Source of the DNA: Candidatus Latescibacterota bacterium
GTDB taxonomy: Bacteria > Latescibacterota > UBA2968 > UBA8231
Direction: 5' to 3'
NCBI GenBank assembly: GCA_964291625.2
Contig: OZ220089.1
Coordinates: 1,568,001 to 1,632,000 of the forward strand
Length of the DNA stretch: 64,000 nt
Shown here: piece by piece, positions 18,282-26,897 of the stretch
How the letters are laid out: every line of letters begins with the position of its first letter
Position numbering within the stretch: position 1 is the stretch's first letter
Notes under the pieces: generated by a model
The model's database searches: none
Told to the model about the DNA's origin: nothing
What the model saw: only the letters and a program-made list of their open reading frames with translations
Position numbers and translations under genes: made by a program

Positions 18282-19187
18282 CTACGCGGCCTGGCTACTC
18301 AATCCCTCACTCGCGTAGTGCGCTACGAGCCAGTCGATCTCGGGCCGTCGTTCCACGACGAATCTTCGTTCCCCCGCCAGTCCCTGAATCTCAAGACCCA
18401 TCCGTGCGTGCTCCGTCTGCACGGCTGTCTCGTACAGGTCCTCGGCCATCATGCAGAAGGCGTTGCCCGGACCACCGCGGCGCCATGACGCCTCCTGCAC
18501 CGGGGCCTGGATCGGGCCGTCCTCGGCGTCGCCCCCAAAGGCCCTCGCCAGGGAGTAGCACAGGATGTGCGCGGGGATCGCCTTGGTCCCCCGGTGGACC
18601 TCGTAGTAGCCGCTCGTGCGGTAGTGGGAGAGCAGGCCCAGCTCGGTGAAGGGAGACTCCTGCGCCTCCTCCGGATCGACCCCCCGGTCGGGGATGCTTC
18701 TCGAATAGCTCAGGAGCAGGCAGCTCGCGTCGCGGTCCAGCGTGCGGGGACTCGGGACGCGGCCGCGCTGCATCTGCAGGAACCGTTGCAGGCTGTCGAG
18801 GCAGACCGCCTTGTCGAACCGCTGCAGCTTGAAGTTGTTGAAGAACCAGTCCCAGGTGACGGCGTGGGCCGGGCTGCTGATCAGGTTCACGTGCAGCGCC
18901 CACCAGGTGCCGATGTCGGTGAAGTAGGGGTCGCGCTCCCAGACGAGGCGGCCCAGGCCGGAGGGTTGCAGCAGGGCGCTCTTGCGGGGCCGGCCTCCTC
19001 CGACCTGCTCGCACAGGCCGGTCGCCTGCAGCCAGTGGCGGATCGACTTGGCCATGTTGCGGCCCACGCCGAGCCAGTCGGCGACGTGCTCGTCGCCCAG
19101 CTTCTCGGGCTCCTCGGCCACCAGCTTCAGCCCCTTGTGCAGCCACCCCTCCCGGACGGGGAAGGTCTCGTGTCCTCCGAACCTCAT
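18282..19187 (-). CDS. sspB: DUF4007 family protein, SspB-like
   Basis: MRFGGHETFPVREGWLHKG, LGVGRNMAKSIRHWL, DPYF..TWWALH, ESPFTELGL; ATGA overlap with the desulfurase stop. Confidence 0.85.
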   Translation of the reverse strand: MRFGGHETFPVREGWLHKGLKLVAEEPEKLGDEHVADWLGVGRNMAKSIRHWLQATGLCEQVGGGRPRKSALLQPSGLGRLVWERDPYFTDIGTWWALHVNLISSPAHAVTWDWFFNNFKLQRFDKAVCLDSLQRFLQMQRGRVPSPRTLDRDASCLLLSYSRSIPDRGVDPEEAQESPFTELGLLSHYRTSGYYEVHRGTKAIPAHILCYSLARAFGGDAEDGPIQAPVQEASWRRGGPGNAFCMMAEDLYETAVQTEHARMGLEIQGLAGERRFVVERRPEIDWLVAHYASEGLSSQAA

Positions 19188-20371
19188 TCCGCCACCCCCG
19201 ACAGCTCCATCCGGTCCGCCGCCTTCCACCCGGAGAACGCCCGGACCCGGTGCACCTCCTCCGCCACGGCCGCGCAGGCGGCCTCCACTTCCTCCGCGTC
19301 GTTCAGCACGGACAGACTGAAGCGGACGCTGCCGTAGGCCTCCTCCTCGGACAGGCCCATGGCCCGCAGCACGTGCGACGGCTCCGGCCGTTGGTTGGTG
19401 CACGCCGAGCTCTGCGAGCATCGGACCCCGCGCTGATCCAGGCGCGCCACCAGCGCCTCTCCATCCACCCCGTGGAAGAGCAGGTTCGTGGTGTTGCACA
19501 CACGGGTGCGGGTGTCACCGTTCACGGTCACGCCGCCGCAGCGGTCCATGATCTCCCTCTCGAGCCGGTCGCGCAGACTGCCGAGGCGGGCGATCGTCTC
19601 GTCCAGGGATTCCTGGCGCAGCCGGGCCGCGCACCCCATGCCCGCGATGCCGGGGACGTTCTCGGTGCCGGCGCGCAGGCCGGACTCCTGATCGCCGCCG
19701 TCCAGGAGGCCCTGGAGTGCGGCGCCAGGCCTGACGTAGAGGGCGCCCACGCCCACGGGGGCATGGAACTTGTGGCCCGCAATCGACGCGTAGTCGAGGG
19801 GCAGATCCCGGAGCGACACCGGCAGCTTGCCCACCGCCTGGGCCGCGTCCGTGTGGAAGGGCACCCCCGCTGCGGCGCACAACCGCCCGATCTCCTCGAT
19901 CGGCTGAACCACCCCCGTCTCACTGTTGACCCACTGCACCGAGACCAGGGCGGCCTCTTCGGCAAGAGCCCTCCGCAGGTCGTCGGGATCGATGAGGCCG
20001 CTGCGCCCGACGGGCAGCAGCACGACATCCGTCCCTTCGCGGCTGCACCTGTCGAGGGCGGCGAGGACGGAGGAGTGCTCGACCCGGGTGGAGACGATCC
20101 TCCGGCCGAGACCGGAGAAGCTGCGGAGGACGGTGTTGTTGGCCTCGGTGGCGCCGCTGGTGAAGACGATGGAGGCGGGGCCGCAGCCGAGGAGGGAGGC
20201 CAGCGAGGAGCGGGCCTCGCGCAACTGCCCGCGGGCGCGCTCGCCGGCGGTGTGGCTGCTGGAGGGATTGCCGAAGGCGGCGAGGGCGTTCAGCACCGCG
20301 GCGCGGACCTCCGGCAGGGGCGGGGTCGTGGCGTTGTTGTCGAGATAGACCTCGGGGGGCGGGTGGCTCAA
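19184..20371 (-). CDS. sspA: Cysteine desulfurase (SspA/DndA/IscS-like)
   Basis: YLDNNATT, FTSGATE, HTDAAQAVGK, GHKFH (PLP Lys), SQSSACT (catalytic Cys). Confidence 0.9.
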   Translation of the reverse strand: MSHPPPEVYLDNNATTPPLPEVRAAVLNALAAFGNPSSSHTAGERARGQLREARSSLASLLGCGPASIVFTSGATEANNTVLRSFSGLGRRIVSTRVEHSSVLAALDRCSREGTDVVLLPVGRSGLIDPDDLRRALAEEAALVSVQWVNSETGVVQPIEEIGRLCAAAGVPFHTDAAQAVGKLPVSLRDLPLDYASIAGHKFHAPVGVGALYVRPGAALQGLLDGGDQESGLRAGTENVPGIAGMGCAARLRQESLDETIARLGSLRDRLEREIMDRCGGVTVNGDTRTRVCNTTNLLFHGVDGEALVARLDQRGVRCSQSSACTNQRPEPSHVLRAMGLSEEEAYGSVRFSLSVLNDAEEVEAACAAVAEEVHRVRAFSGWKAADRMELSGVAE

Positions 20372-20502
20372 GGTCTGGTAGTTTCCCGGGGGGAGAGGGG
20401 GAGGCTGCGCGCGAAACCTTACCCCCAGTCGGGGAGGGGGGCAAGTGCCTCATCTACTTGGGCAATATACTGCTCAAATATATACTGCCGCAAGGCTGGC
20501 AA

Positions 20503-21831
20503 TCACCACGTAGGAGGACGCCCCAAAGGCGATTCAAGGCCATGATTCCTGAGGTGGTTGTCTATCACCCAAGATGATACGGAGAAGCCATTGGCGACTC
20601 GTTCCAGACTCTCCGGCGAGTAGTCGCCCCTGAGTCTGTCGTCTACCGAATGCCAAGGGCTGAGAAACTCCGCAGCGAAGGCCCGCTGCATCTTCTGGCG
20701 ATAGCTGTAGGACCTCGTGGCAGGAAGCAGTGCTTCCCCGCGCATGGAAAACAGCAAGCTGTCACCCAGGAGCCGAGCGGCATCGAACCTTCTCCCGGTC
20801 TTGCTGCGGGAACGAAGAGCCAGTTTCCTGCCGCCCGCATCCCCCAGGATCCAAGAGAATTGATCGGTCAGTTTCTGGCTGCTGATGGCACTCGAGATCG
20901 TTCCCAAGAGTTCAGCGAGCTTGCGGTCTTCGACCGGATCGCCATTCAAGTCTGCCGCGCCGCGGATCTCCTTGGCCAAATCAGAGCCGACCTTCCACGC
21001 GGGGGTAGTGAAGGCATGCGCACCAGAGTCGATCCCCTCGAAGCCTTCCGTGTTGATCCCTTCCATTGGAAGGTCACTATCGCCGGCGATCCCGTCCTCA
21101 AGTCGAACATCAAAGCCCTTCTCTTGAGTAAGGGACCTTATCTCCGAGGCCGAAATCAGGTGGTCCACTCCACCTGATCCCAAGGCAATCTCTTCTGCCG
21201 CCGTTCTACCCAACTCGCTGATCTCCCTTTGTCGGGAGATCAGATCATCAGAGTCAAGATCGTCCGGGTCCGCACCGAGCAGTGCTTCGAACTTCCTGAA
21301 CCGAGAAAGCTCGCGATCTTCTCTTTCGCGAGAGAGGTCTTCCCATAGAACCGACAGATCCGAGCCCTGCTCCGTCGTATCCAGGAACTCTCCGATAAAG
21401 CGGTCGACTTCGGAAACGAAGTCTGTGCGAGGAATCTGCACGACCTTGTCTGCCAGATACCTGAAGATCATGGGATGTTCGTCATCGGAGGACGGCTTGG
21501 ATTCCAGATAGGTAAAGACCCCGTCCGAGTGAATCGTGATCCGGGGCCACAGCCATCCTTCTCCTACGGCGAGCATGGAGTGGGCAAGATCCCATTCGTC
21601 ATGGCCTGACTGACCCGACGGGTAGGGCTCCCAGTTCAGCCTCCACCAATTCCAGACCAGCCAATAGGCCAACGGCTGCGGATCGATCACTGGGCCTTCG
21701 CGATAGATGGGTTGCCCATCCTCTCCCGCAACCAAGCCCTGAGTCAGGCACCGGTCGTCCGCCATGATTCTCAACAATCCCACGCCGGGCTCAGAAGCCC
21801 CATAGGTGCTGATGCTGAAATCCAGACTCAT
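20503..21831 (-). CDS. ImmA/IrrE-like protein with degenerate metal site
   Basis: LAYWLVWNWWRL, HSM..VGEG..WP; C-terminal RRFDAARLLGD (in place of HELxH) and QRAFAAEFL. Confidence 0.7.
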   Translation of the reverse strand: MSLDFSISTYGASEPGVGLLRIMADDRCLTQGLVAGEDGQPIYREGPVIDPQPLAYWLVWNWWRLNWEPYPSGQSGHDEWDLAHSMLAVGEGWLWPRITIHSDGVFTYLESKPSSDDEHPMIFRYLADKVVQIPRTDFVSEVDRFIGEFLDTTEQGSDLSVLWEDLSREREDRELSRFRKFEALLGADPDDLDSDDLISRQREISELGRTAAEEIALGSGGVDHLISASEIRSLTQEKGFDVRLEDGIAGDSDLPMEGINTEGFEGIDSGAHAFTTPAWKVGSDLAKEIRGAADLNGDPVEDRKLAELLGTISSAISSQKLTDQFSWILGDAGGRKLALRSRSKTGRRFDAARLLGDSLLFSMRGEALLPATRSYSYRQKMQRAFAAEFLSPWHSVDDRLRGDYSPESLERVANGFSVSSWVIDNHLRNHGLESPLGRPPTW

Positions 21832-22247
21832 CCGGCACCCTTCCATCTCTTGAGGACTTCCCTGCTGAGTCTCTTGCCAACTCTGTCATTCCGATCGTCC
21901 AATCGGTATCCATGGTATGTGCCACGAGACTGATTGGCCTCATAGACCCATCCCTCGTGATCTACCGCCCAGACGTTCTTGGGAAGACCATTGATCGATC
22001 TGGAACTCACTGTTCGACGACGAACTCCTTCCCGGAATAGCCTCCTGGCTTCCAGGAGAGACATCTGCCTCTTGTCATCGCAAGGAGACTTGTCTGGCCC
22101 CAGCCCTCTGTCCCTGGTCCGATCCAAGTGTCTCGGATCCGGTATGAACAAGGAGGGCTTCATCTTCGACTGCAGATCTTCCGGGACATCGGCGGGGCGA
22201 ATCAGCCGTCGGTGAGGACTCCCTCTTCTACGTGAAGGAGACTTCAC
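21828..22247 (-). CDS. Small basic hypothetical protein, toxin-like
   Basis: PDKSPCD, PKNVWAVD..GWVYEA..GTYHGY; ATGA coupling to the downstream ImmA-like gene. Confidence 0.7.
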   Translation of the reverse strand: MKSPSRRRGSPHRRLIRPADVPEDLQSKMKPSLFIPDPRHLDRTRDRGLGPDKSPCDDKRQMSLLEARRLFREGVRRRTVSSRSINGLPKNVWAVDHEGWVYEANQSRGTYHGYRLDDRNDRVGKRLSREVLKRWKGAG

Positions 22248-22364
22248 GGGGCGTATCCTACGGACTCCATCTGGTAGGACTCCTCCTGGGGGACGATCAC
22301 CCTGACATCTTCGTCGAGGGACTCTTGCGACGGTATCACGACATAGATCGGCATGTAGCGGTTC

Positions 22365-22622
22365 TCAGAAGAGCCTGGCGACGGTCACGGCCAGTCCCGT
22401 TGCTGCCACCATGCCCCCCAGGACGCCCGCCAGGACCCACGCTTTGGTGGCCGTATGCCTCGACCGTTCCTTGAGAGTCGTTACATCGGTCCGAATCTCG
22501 TCGGTGGTTATACGGATAGCTTCAGAAGTGGACTCCAGTTGGGTCAGTCGACTCTCGACCAGCTCTCGGTTGAGAGGGGCCGGACTGCCTTCCGGAGGGC
22601 CAACTGCTCCAGGGTTCGACAT
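22365..22622 (-). CDS. Small coiled-coil protein with C-terminal TM helix
   Basis: ESRLTQLE...DVTTLKE heptads followed by ATKAWVLAGVLGGMVAATGLAV. Confidence 0.6.
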   Translation of the reverse strand: MSNPGAVGPPEGSPAPLNRELVESRLTQLESTSEAIRITTDEIRTDVTTLKERSRHTATKAWVLAGVLGGMVAATGLAVTVARLF

Positions 22623-22744
22623 AGGCGTTACTCCAGTCCCAGGGGCCAAGGTCCTGTCTACCATGGTAACGGCCGGGGCCCTCAACGGCCAACCGCCCTT
22701 TGGCTCGCAACTTCCATGCCATCACCCAGCGACCGCCTTCGCCC

Positions 22745-24190
22745 CTACTGCCCCCGCCCCGCGAACGCCGCCCCTCCGTCCTCCTCCCACCCCCCGCCCA
22801 CCGGCCGCAGCTGCCCCGCGCCCGTCACCTCCCAGTGCCGGCCGTCCCGCTCGCCGCCGGCGCCGTGGCGGTGGAACCAGTCCTCCAGCAGGACATGCAG
22901 CTCGCGGCGGCGGACGGCGTAGCCCGCGTCGTCGGCCAGATTCGCGCGTTCGTCCGGATCGTCTTTCAGGTGGTACAGCTCCGCCGGCAGCTCCCGGCCG
23001 CGGTCGACGTACTTCCAGTCCCGGGTGCGGACCATGCGCGAGGCGCCGTACTCGGCGCAGCGGCTGCCGTCGACCACAACGGCCTCGCGGCCATCCGTGC
23101 CGCCGCCAGCATCCGCATCGTCGCCACCCCCAAGCAGTCCCGCGAAGCTGCGTCCCGAGCGGCCGCCTCCCCCGTCGTCCGGCTCCGGCAGTCCCGCGTG
23201 TTCCAGCAGGGTGGGGAAGAGGTCGCAGGCGCTGAACAGGCCGGGCTCGGCCGCGCCCTGGGGCACCCGCCCGGGCTGGCTGACGAGGAAGGGCACGGTC
23301 ACGGAGTTCTCGTACATGTTGAGCGGGAAGGTGCCGTTGCCCTTGCCCCAGAACCCGTGATGGCCGCAGCTGAAGCCGTTGTCGCTGGCGAAGACGACCA
23401 GGGTCCGCTCGCGCACGCCGAGGTGCTCCAGGCGGTCGAGGAGGCGCACCACGTCGGCGTCCAGGGCGGTGACCGCGGCGAAGTAGCCCTTGAGCATCTC
23501 GCGGTTGCCGAGGCAGCTCTCGGACAGGCCGTGGCCGCGGGCCCAGTCGTGGATCGGCTCCTGGGGGCAGGAGTCGAAGGGGCAGTCGTCGTAGGAGTCG
23601 ACGATCTCCTGGGGGTGGCCGGTCCAGGGCGAGTGGGGGGCCGTGTAGTGGACGCCGAGGTAGAAGGGCGCGTCGCCGCCGGCGTGGGTGTCGAGGAAGT
23701 TCAGGGCGTCGTCGGTGATCAGGTTGGTCACGTAGCCGTCCTCGGTCACCAGCTGCCCGTCGCGGATCATCGGGGGGCGGTTGTAGTCGCCGCCGCCGCG
23801 CTGGTGGACGTACCAGTGCGAGAACCCGTGCTGCACGAGCTGGCTGTGGCCGAGGTGCCACTTGCCGGACAGACCGACCGTGTAGCCGTGGGCGGCGAGG
23901 ATGTCGGTGTAGGCGGTCTCGCCCTCCAGGTAGAGGGCCGCGTCGTCGCCGACGTTGCCGTCGCGGATCCAGTCGTGGACGCCGTGCTGGGACGGCATGC
24001 GGCCGGTGAGGAAGCTGGCGCGGCTCGGCGAGCAGACCGGCGAGGCGCAGAGGAAGTGCTCGAAGCGGACCCCGGTGGCGGCGATGCGGTCGAGGCCGGG
24101 GGTGCGGATCTCGTCGTTGCCGGCGCACCCGAGGGCCCAGGGCCCCTGGTCGTCGGTGAGGATGAAGAGGATGTTGGGCCGTTCGGTCAT
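22745..24190 (-). CDS. Sulfatase (Cys-type formylglycine)
   Basis: RPNILFILTDDQ, CSPSRASFLTG, GKWHLG, SDNG. Confidence 0.95.
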   Translation of the reverse strand: MTERPNILFILTDDQGPWALGCAGNDEIRTPGLDRIAATGVRFEHFLCASPVCSPSRASFLTGRMPSQHGVHDWIRDGNVGDDAALYLEGETAYTDILAAHGYTVGLSGKWHLGHSQLVQHGFSHWYVHQRGGGDYNRPPMIRDGQLVTEDGYVTNLITDDALNFLDTHAGGDAPFYLGVHYTAPHSPWTGHPQEIVDSYDDCPFDSCPQEPIHDWARGHGLSESCLGNREMLKGYFAAVTALDADVVRLLDRLEHLGVRERTLVVFASDNGFSCGHHGFWGKGNGTFPLNMYENSVTVPFLVSQPGRVPQGAAEPGLFSACDLFPTLLEHAGLPEPDDGGGGRSGRSFAGLLGGGDDADAGGGTDGREAVVVDGSRCAEYGASRMVRTRDWKYVDRGRELPAELYHLKDDPDERANLADDAGYAVRRRELHVLLEDWFHRHGAGGERDGRHWEVTGAGQLRPVGGGWEEDGGAAFAGRGQ

Positions 24191-25197
24191 GGGGCGCTCC
24201 CCGGGTCCCAGGGTTCCACGGCGACGCGGGCGCCGCTGTCCGAGGACTCCCGGGCGGCGTCGGCCACCGCCTGCACCCGGTACCCGGTGACGCCGTCGCA
24301 GACCGGCTCGCGGCCCTCCCGCGCGGCGCTCACGAAGTCCTCGATCATGGGCTGGTCGAAGTACGGGGCCTGCAGGGGCTCGACGGGGACCGACTCCCGG
24401 CCCGAGGCGGTCTCCACCTCGATCGCCTCGCCGCCGTACTCCAGTCCGTCGATGACGATGCGGCCGTGGGTGCCGTCGACCTCGGCGAAGTCGCGGCGCG
24501 GGTTGGAGGTGAGGATCGTCGAGTGGACGCCGGCGGTGCCGTCGGCGAAGCGCAGCAGCAGGGCGTCGGTGTCGTCCACCGGCCAGTCGTGGTGGACGGT
24601 GTCGAGGAGGCCGCAGACCTCCACCGCCTCGCTGCCGGCGAGGTTGAGGAGGACCTCGATGCGGTGCACGGCCATCTCCATCAGGGCCCCGCCGATGCCG
24701 GGCTGGATCTGCCACGGCCCCGAGCCGAGGCCGCCGCCGCCGCTGTAGTGGGTGCGGGTGAAGACCTTGGGGCCGATCTCGCCGGCCGCCAGCCGCCGCT
24801 TCGCCTCCAGCACCTGGGGGAAGAGCCGGCGGCGGTAGGCGACGCCGAGGGCGACCCCGGCCTCGCGGCAGGCCTCCACCATGCGGCGGGCCTCGTGGCG
24901 GTCGCGGGCCATCGGCTTCTCGCAGAGGACGTGCTTGCGGGCAGCCGCGGCGGCGAGGGTGTGCTCGCAGTGGGTGTCGGTGGGGGTGGCCACGATGACC
25001 GCCTCCACGGCGTCGTCGGCGAGCAGGCGCTCTGCGGAGTCGTAGGCGGCGCAGCCGCCGAAGCGGCGGGCGAAGTCGCGGGCGCCGTCCGCGTCGCGGC
25101 GGCAGACGGCGGCCAGGTCGGTCTCGCGGGCGTTCAGCAGACTGGGGGCGAAGGAGCTGGCGGCGATGGAGCCGCAGCCGATGATGCCGAATCTCAT
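24187..25197 (-). CDS. Gfo/Idh/MocA oxidoreductase
   Basis: FGIIGCGSIA, HVLCEKPMA, GGALMEMAVH. Confidence 0.9.
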   Translation of the reverse strand: MRFGIIGCGSIAASSFAPSLLNARETDLAAVCRRDADGARDFARRFGGCAAYDSAERLLADDAVEAVIVATPTDTHCEHTLAAAAARKHVLCEKPMARDRHEARRMVEACREAGVALGVAYRRRLFPQVLEAKRRLAAGEIGPKVFTRTHYSGGGGLGSGPWQIQPGIGGALMEMAVHRIEVLLNLAGSEAVEVCGLLDTVHHDWPVDDTDALLLRFADGTAGVHSTILTSNPRRDFAEVDGTHGRIVIDGLEYGGEAIEVETASGRESVPVEPLQAPYFDQPMIEDFVSAAREGREPVCDGVTGYRVQAVADAARESSDSGARVAVEPWDPGSAP

Positions 25198-25332
25198 GGC
25201 GGGGATCCTCCGGAAGGGGGGCCTTGCTTCGGCCGGGGGAGATGCTCTGGGCGGCAAGCCACCGGCGGCCGGGCGCGCCCCCGTACGGCGAGAGCCTCGG
25301 CAGGCCCCGTGGGGGCACGGCTCATGGCCTGG

Positions 25333-25414
25333 GAGCCTCCGGGCGGCGAGCCACCGGGTGGCGGCGGCGCTCCGGCCGGCAGAGGTGCACGGGCCGGGGA
25401 GCCTCCGGGTGGCG
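25333..25414. repeat. Short intergenic direct repeat GAGCCWCCGGGYGGCG x3
   Basis: Copies start at 25333 and 25348 (15-bp period) and at 25399. Confidence 0.5.
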
Positions 25415-25458
25415 TTCCGGCGCGGCGCGGTCCTCGGCAGGCCCGGTACCGGCGCGGC

Positions 25459-26304
25459 TCATGCGGATTCCCCCTCGGCCAGGCCGTCGGCGGTCCACAC
25501 GAAACGGGGGCGCCAGCCGAAGGCGGCCTCCGCCCGGGCGCAGCTCATGGGCGAGCGGCGGCCGGGCAGCTCTTCCCGGACCTCGGTGGCGGCGCCGAAG
25601 AGGCGCTCCACGAGGACGGCCGTCTCCTCGCTGGCGATGGTGCTGCGGCCCGTGAGGTTGTAGACCCCCGGCTCGACGCTGTCCGCCTCGACGGCGAGGG
25701 TGCAGGCGCGGGCGGCGTCGCGCACGTCGGTCCGCGTCCACAGCAGGCCCACGCCCGAGGCGGGATCTTCCCTCAGGGGTTCGATCTGCGGGGGGATCTC
25801 CCCGGGCCGGCGGATGCCCATGAAGCGGAAGGTGACGGCCTCGAGGCCGTGGCGCTCGCAGAAATAGCCGGCCGCCTGTTCGCCGGCGATCTTGGCCAGG
25901 GAGTAGCTGTTCTGCGGGCGCAGGGGGTGGTCCTCGTCGACGGGGACGTAGACGGGGGGACTGAGCTTGAAGCCGTAGACCTGGGCGCTGGAGGCGGTGA
26001 CGACGCGGCGGATGCCGAGGTCGGCGCAGGCCCTCAGGACGTGGAAGACGCCGGCGCTGTTGGCGGTGTAGACCTCGGTGTCGGGAACGCTGCCGGACCA
26101 GGCGGCGAGGTGGACGACGGCGTCGGCGCCGGCCAGGCCGGAGTAGACGTGGCCGGCGTCGGTGAGGTCGGAGGCGAGGTGGCGGACGCCGGGATGGTCG
26201 CCGCGGCGCAGGTCGAGCCCCGTCACCTCGTGGCCGCGGCCGGCGAGATCGGCCACGACCGCGGCGCCGATGCGGCCGGCGCTGCCGGTGACGGCGACTC
26301 TCAC
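25459..26304 (-). CDS. NAD-dependent epimerase/dehydratase
   Basis: VAVTGSAGRIG, VVHLAA, YSLAK. Confidence 0.9.
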   Translation of the reverse strand: MRVAVTGSAGRIGAAVVADLAGRGHEVTGLDLRRGDHPGVRHLASDLTDAGHVYSGLAGADAVVHLAAWSGSVPDTEVYTANSAGVFHVLRACADLGIRRVVTASSAQVYGFKLSPPVYVPVDEDHPLRPQNSYSLAKIAGEQAAGYFCERHGLEAVTFRFMGIRRPGEIPPQIEPLREDPASGVGLLWTRTDVRDAARACTLAVEADSVEPGVYNLTGRSTIASEETAVLVERLFGAATEVREELPGRRSPMSCARAEAAFGWRPRFVWTADGLAEGESA

Positions 26305-26312
26305 GGGGCGCC

Positions 26313-26834
26313 TCAGGCCCCGGGCATGTCCGCCGCTTCCGGCGCCGGGGTGCGCTGGCTCAGCTCCTGGTCGAGCATGAAGAGGCCGGCGTTGCTGTCG
26401 GCCACCAGCTTGAGCCTCTGCAGCAGGTCGTAGGCGACGGCCTCCTCCTCGACCTGCTCGTTGACGAACCACTGCATGAAGGCGAGGGTGGCGTGGTCCT
26501 TCTCGCCCATGGCCAGGTCGCAGAGATGGTGGATGCGGCGGCTGTTGTCGCGCTCGCTCTCGAGAGCGGCCTCGAAGGCGCGGGTCGGGTCGTCCCACTC
26601 GGCCACCGGCTCGGCCAGGGGCAGCAGCTTCACGCGCCCCTCCCGGTCGATGATGAACTGGTAGATCTTCAGCGCGTGGGCGCGCTCTTCCTGGTACTGG
26701 ATGCGCATCCAGTGGGCGAAGCCCTTGAGGTCGATCGACTCGAAGTAGGCCGACTGCGCCAGGTACTGGTAGGCCGACTGCAGCTCGGCGTTCACCTGCT
26801 CATTGAGGGCGCGCTCCATCTCCCGGGTCAGCAT
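26313..26834 (-). CDS. ftnA: Non-heme ferritin
   Basis: ALNEQVNAELQSAYQY, QEERAHA, QWFVNEQVEEE. Confidence 0.95.
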   Translation of the reverse strand: MLTREMERALNEQVNAELQSAYQYLAQSAYFESIDLKGFAHWMRIQYQEERAHALKIYQFIIDREGRVKLLPLAEPVAEWDDPTRAFEAALESERDNSRRIHHLCDLAMGEKDHATLAFMQWFVNEQVEEEAVAYDLLQRLKLVADSNAGLFMLDQELSQRTPAPEAADMPGA

Positions 26835-26897
26835 CGGTTCACCTCCGCGATGGGTCCCCCGGCCGGACAGCGCCGCGGAACATGTGGGCTGGTGCCG

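Noticed and set aside
17407-20371. BREX type 4 or Dnd system
   Set aside because: No pglZ, brxL, brxC or dndBDE; desulfurase + DUF4007 + short PAPS reductase fits Ssp better.
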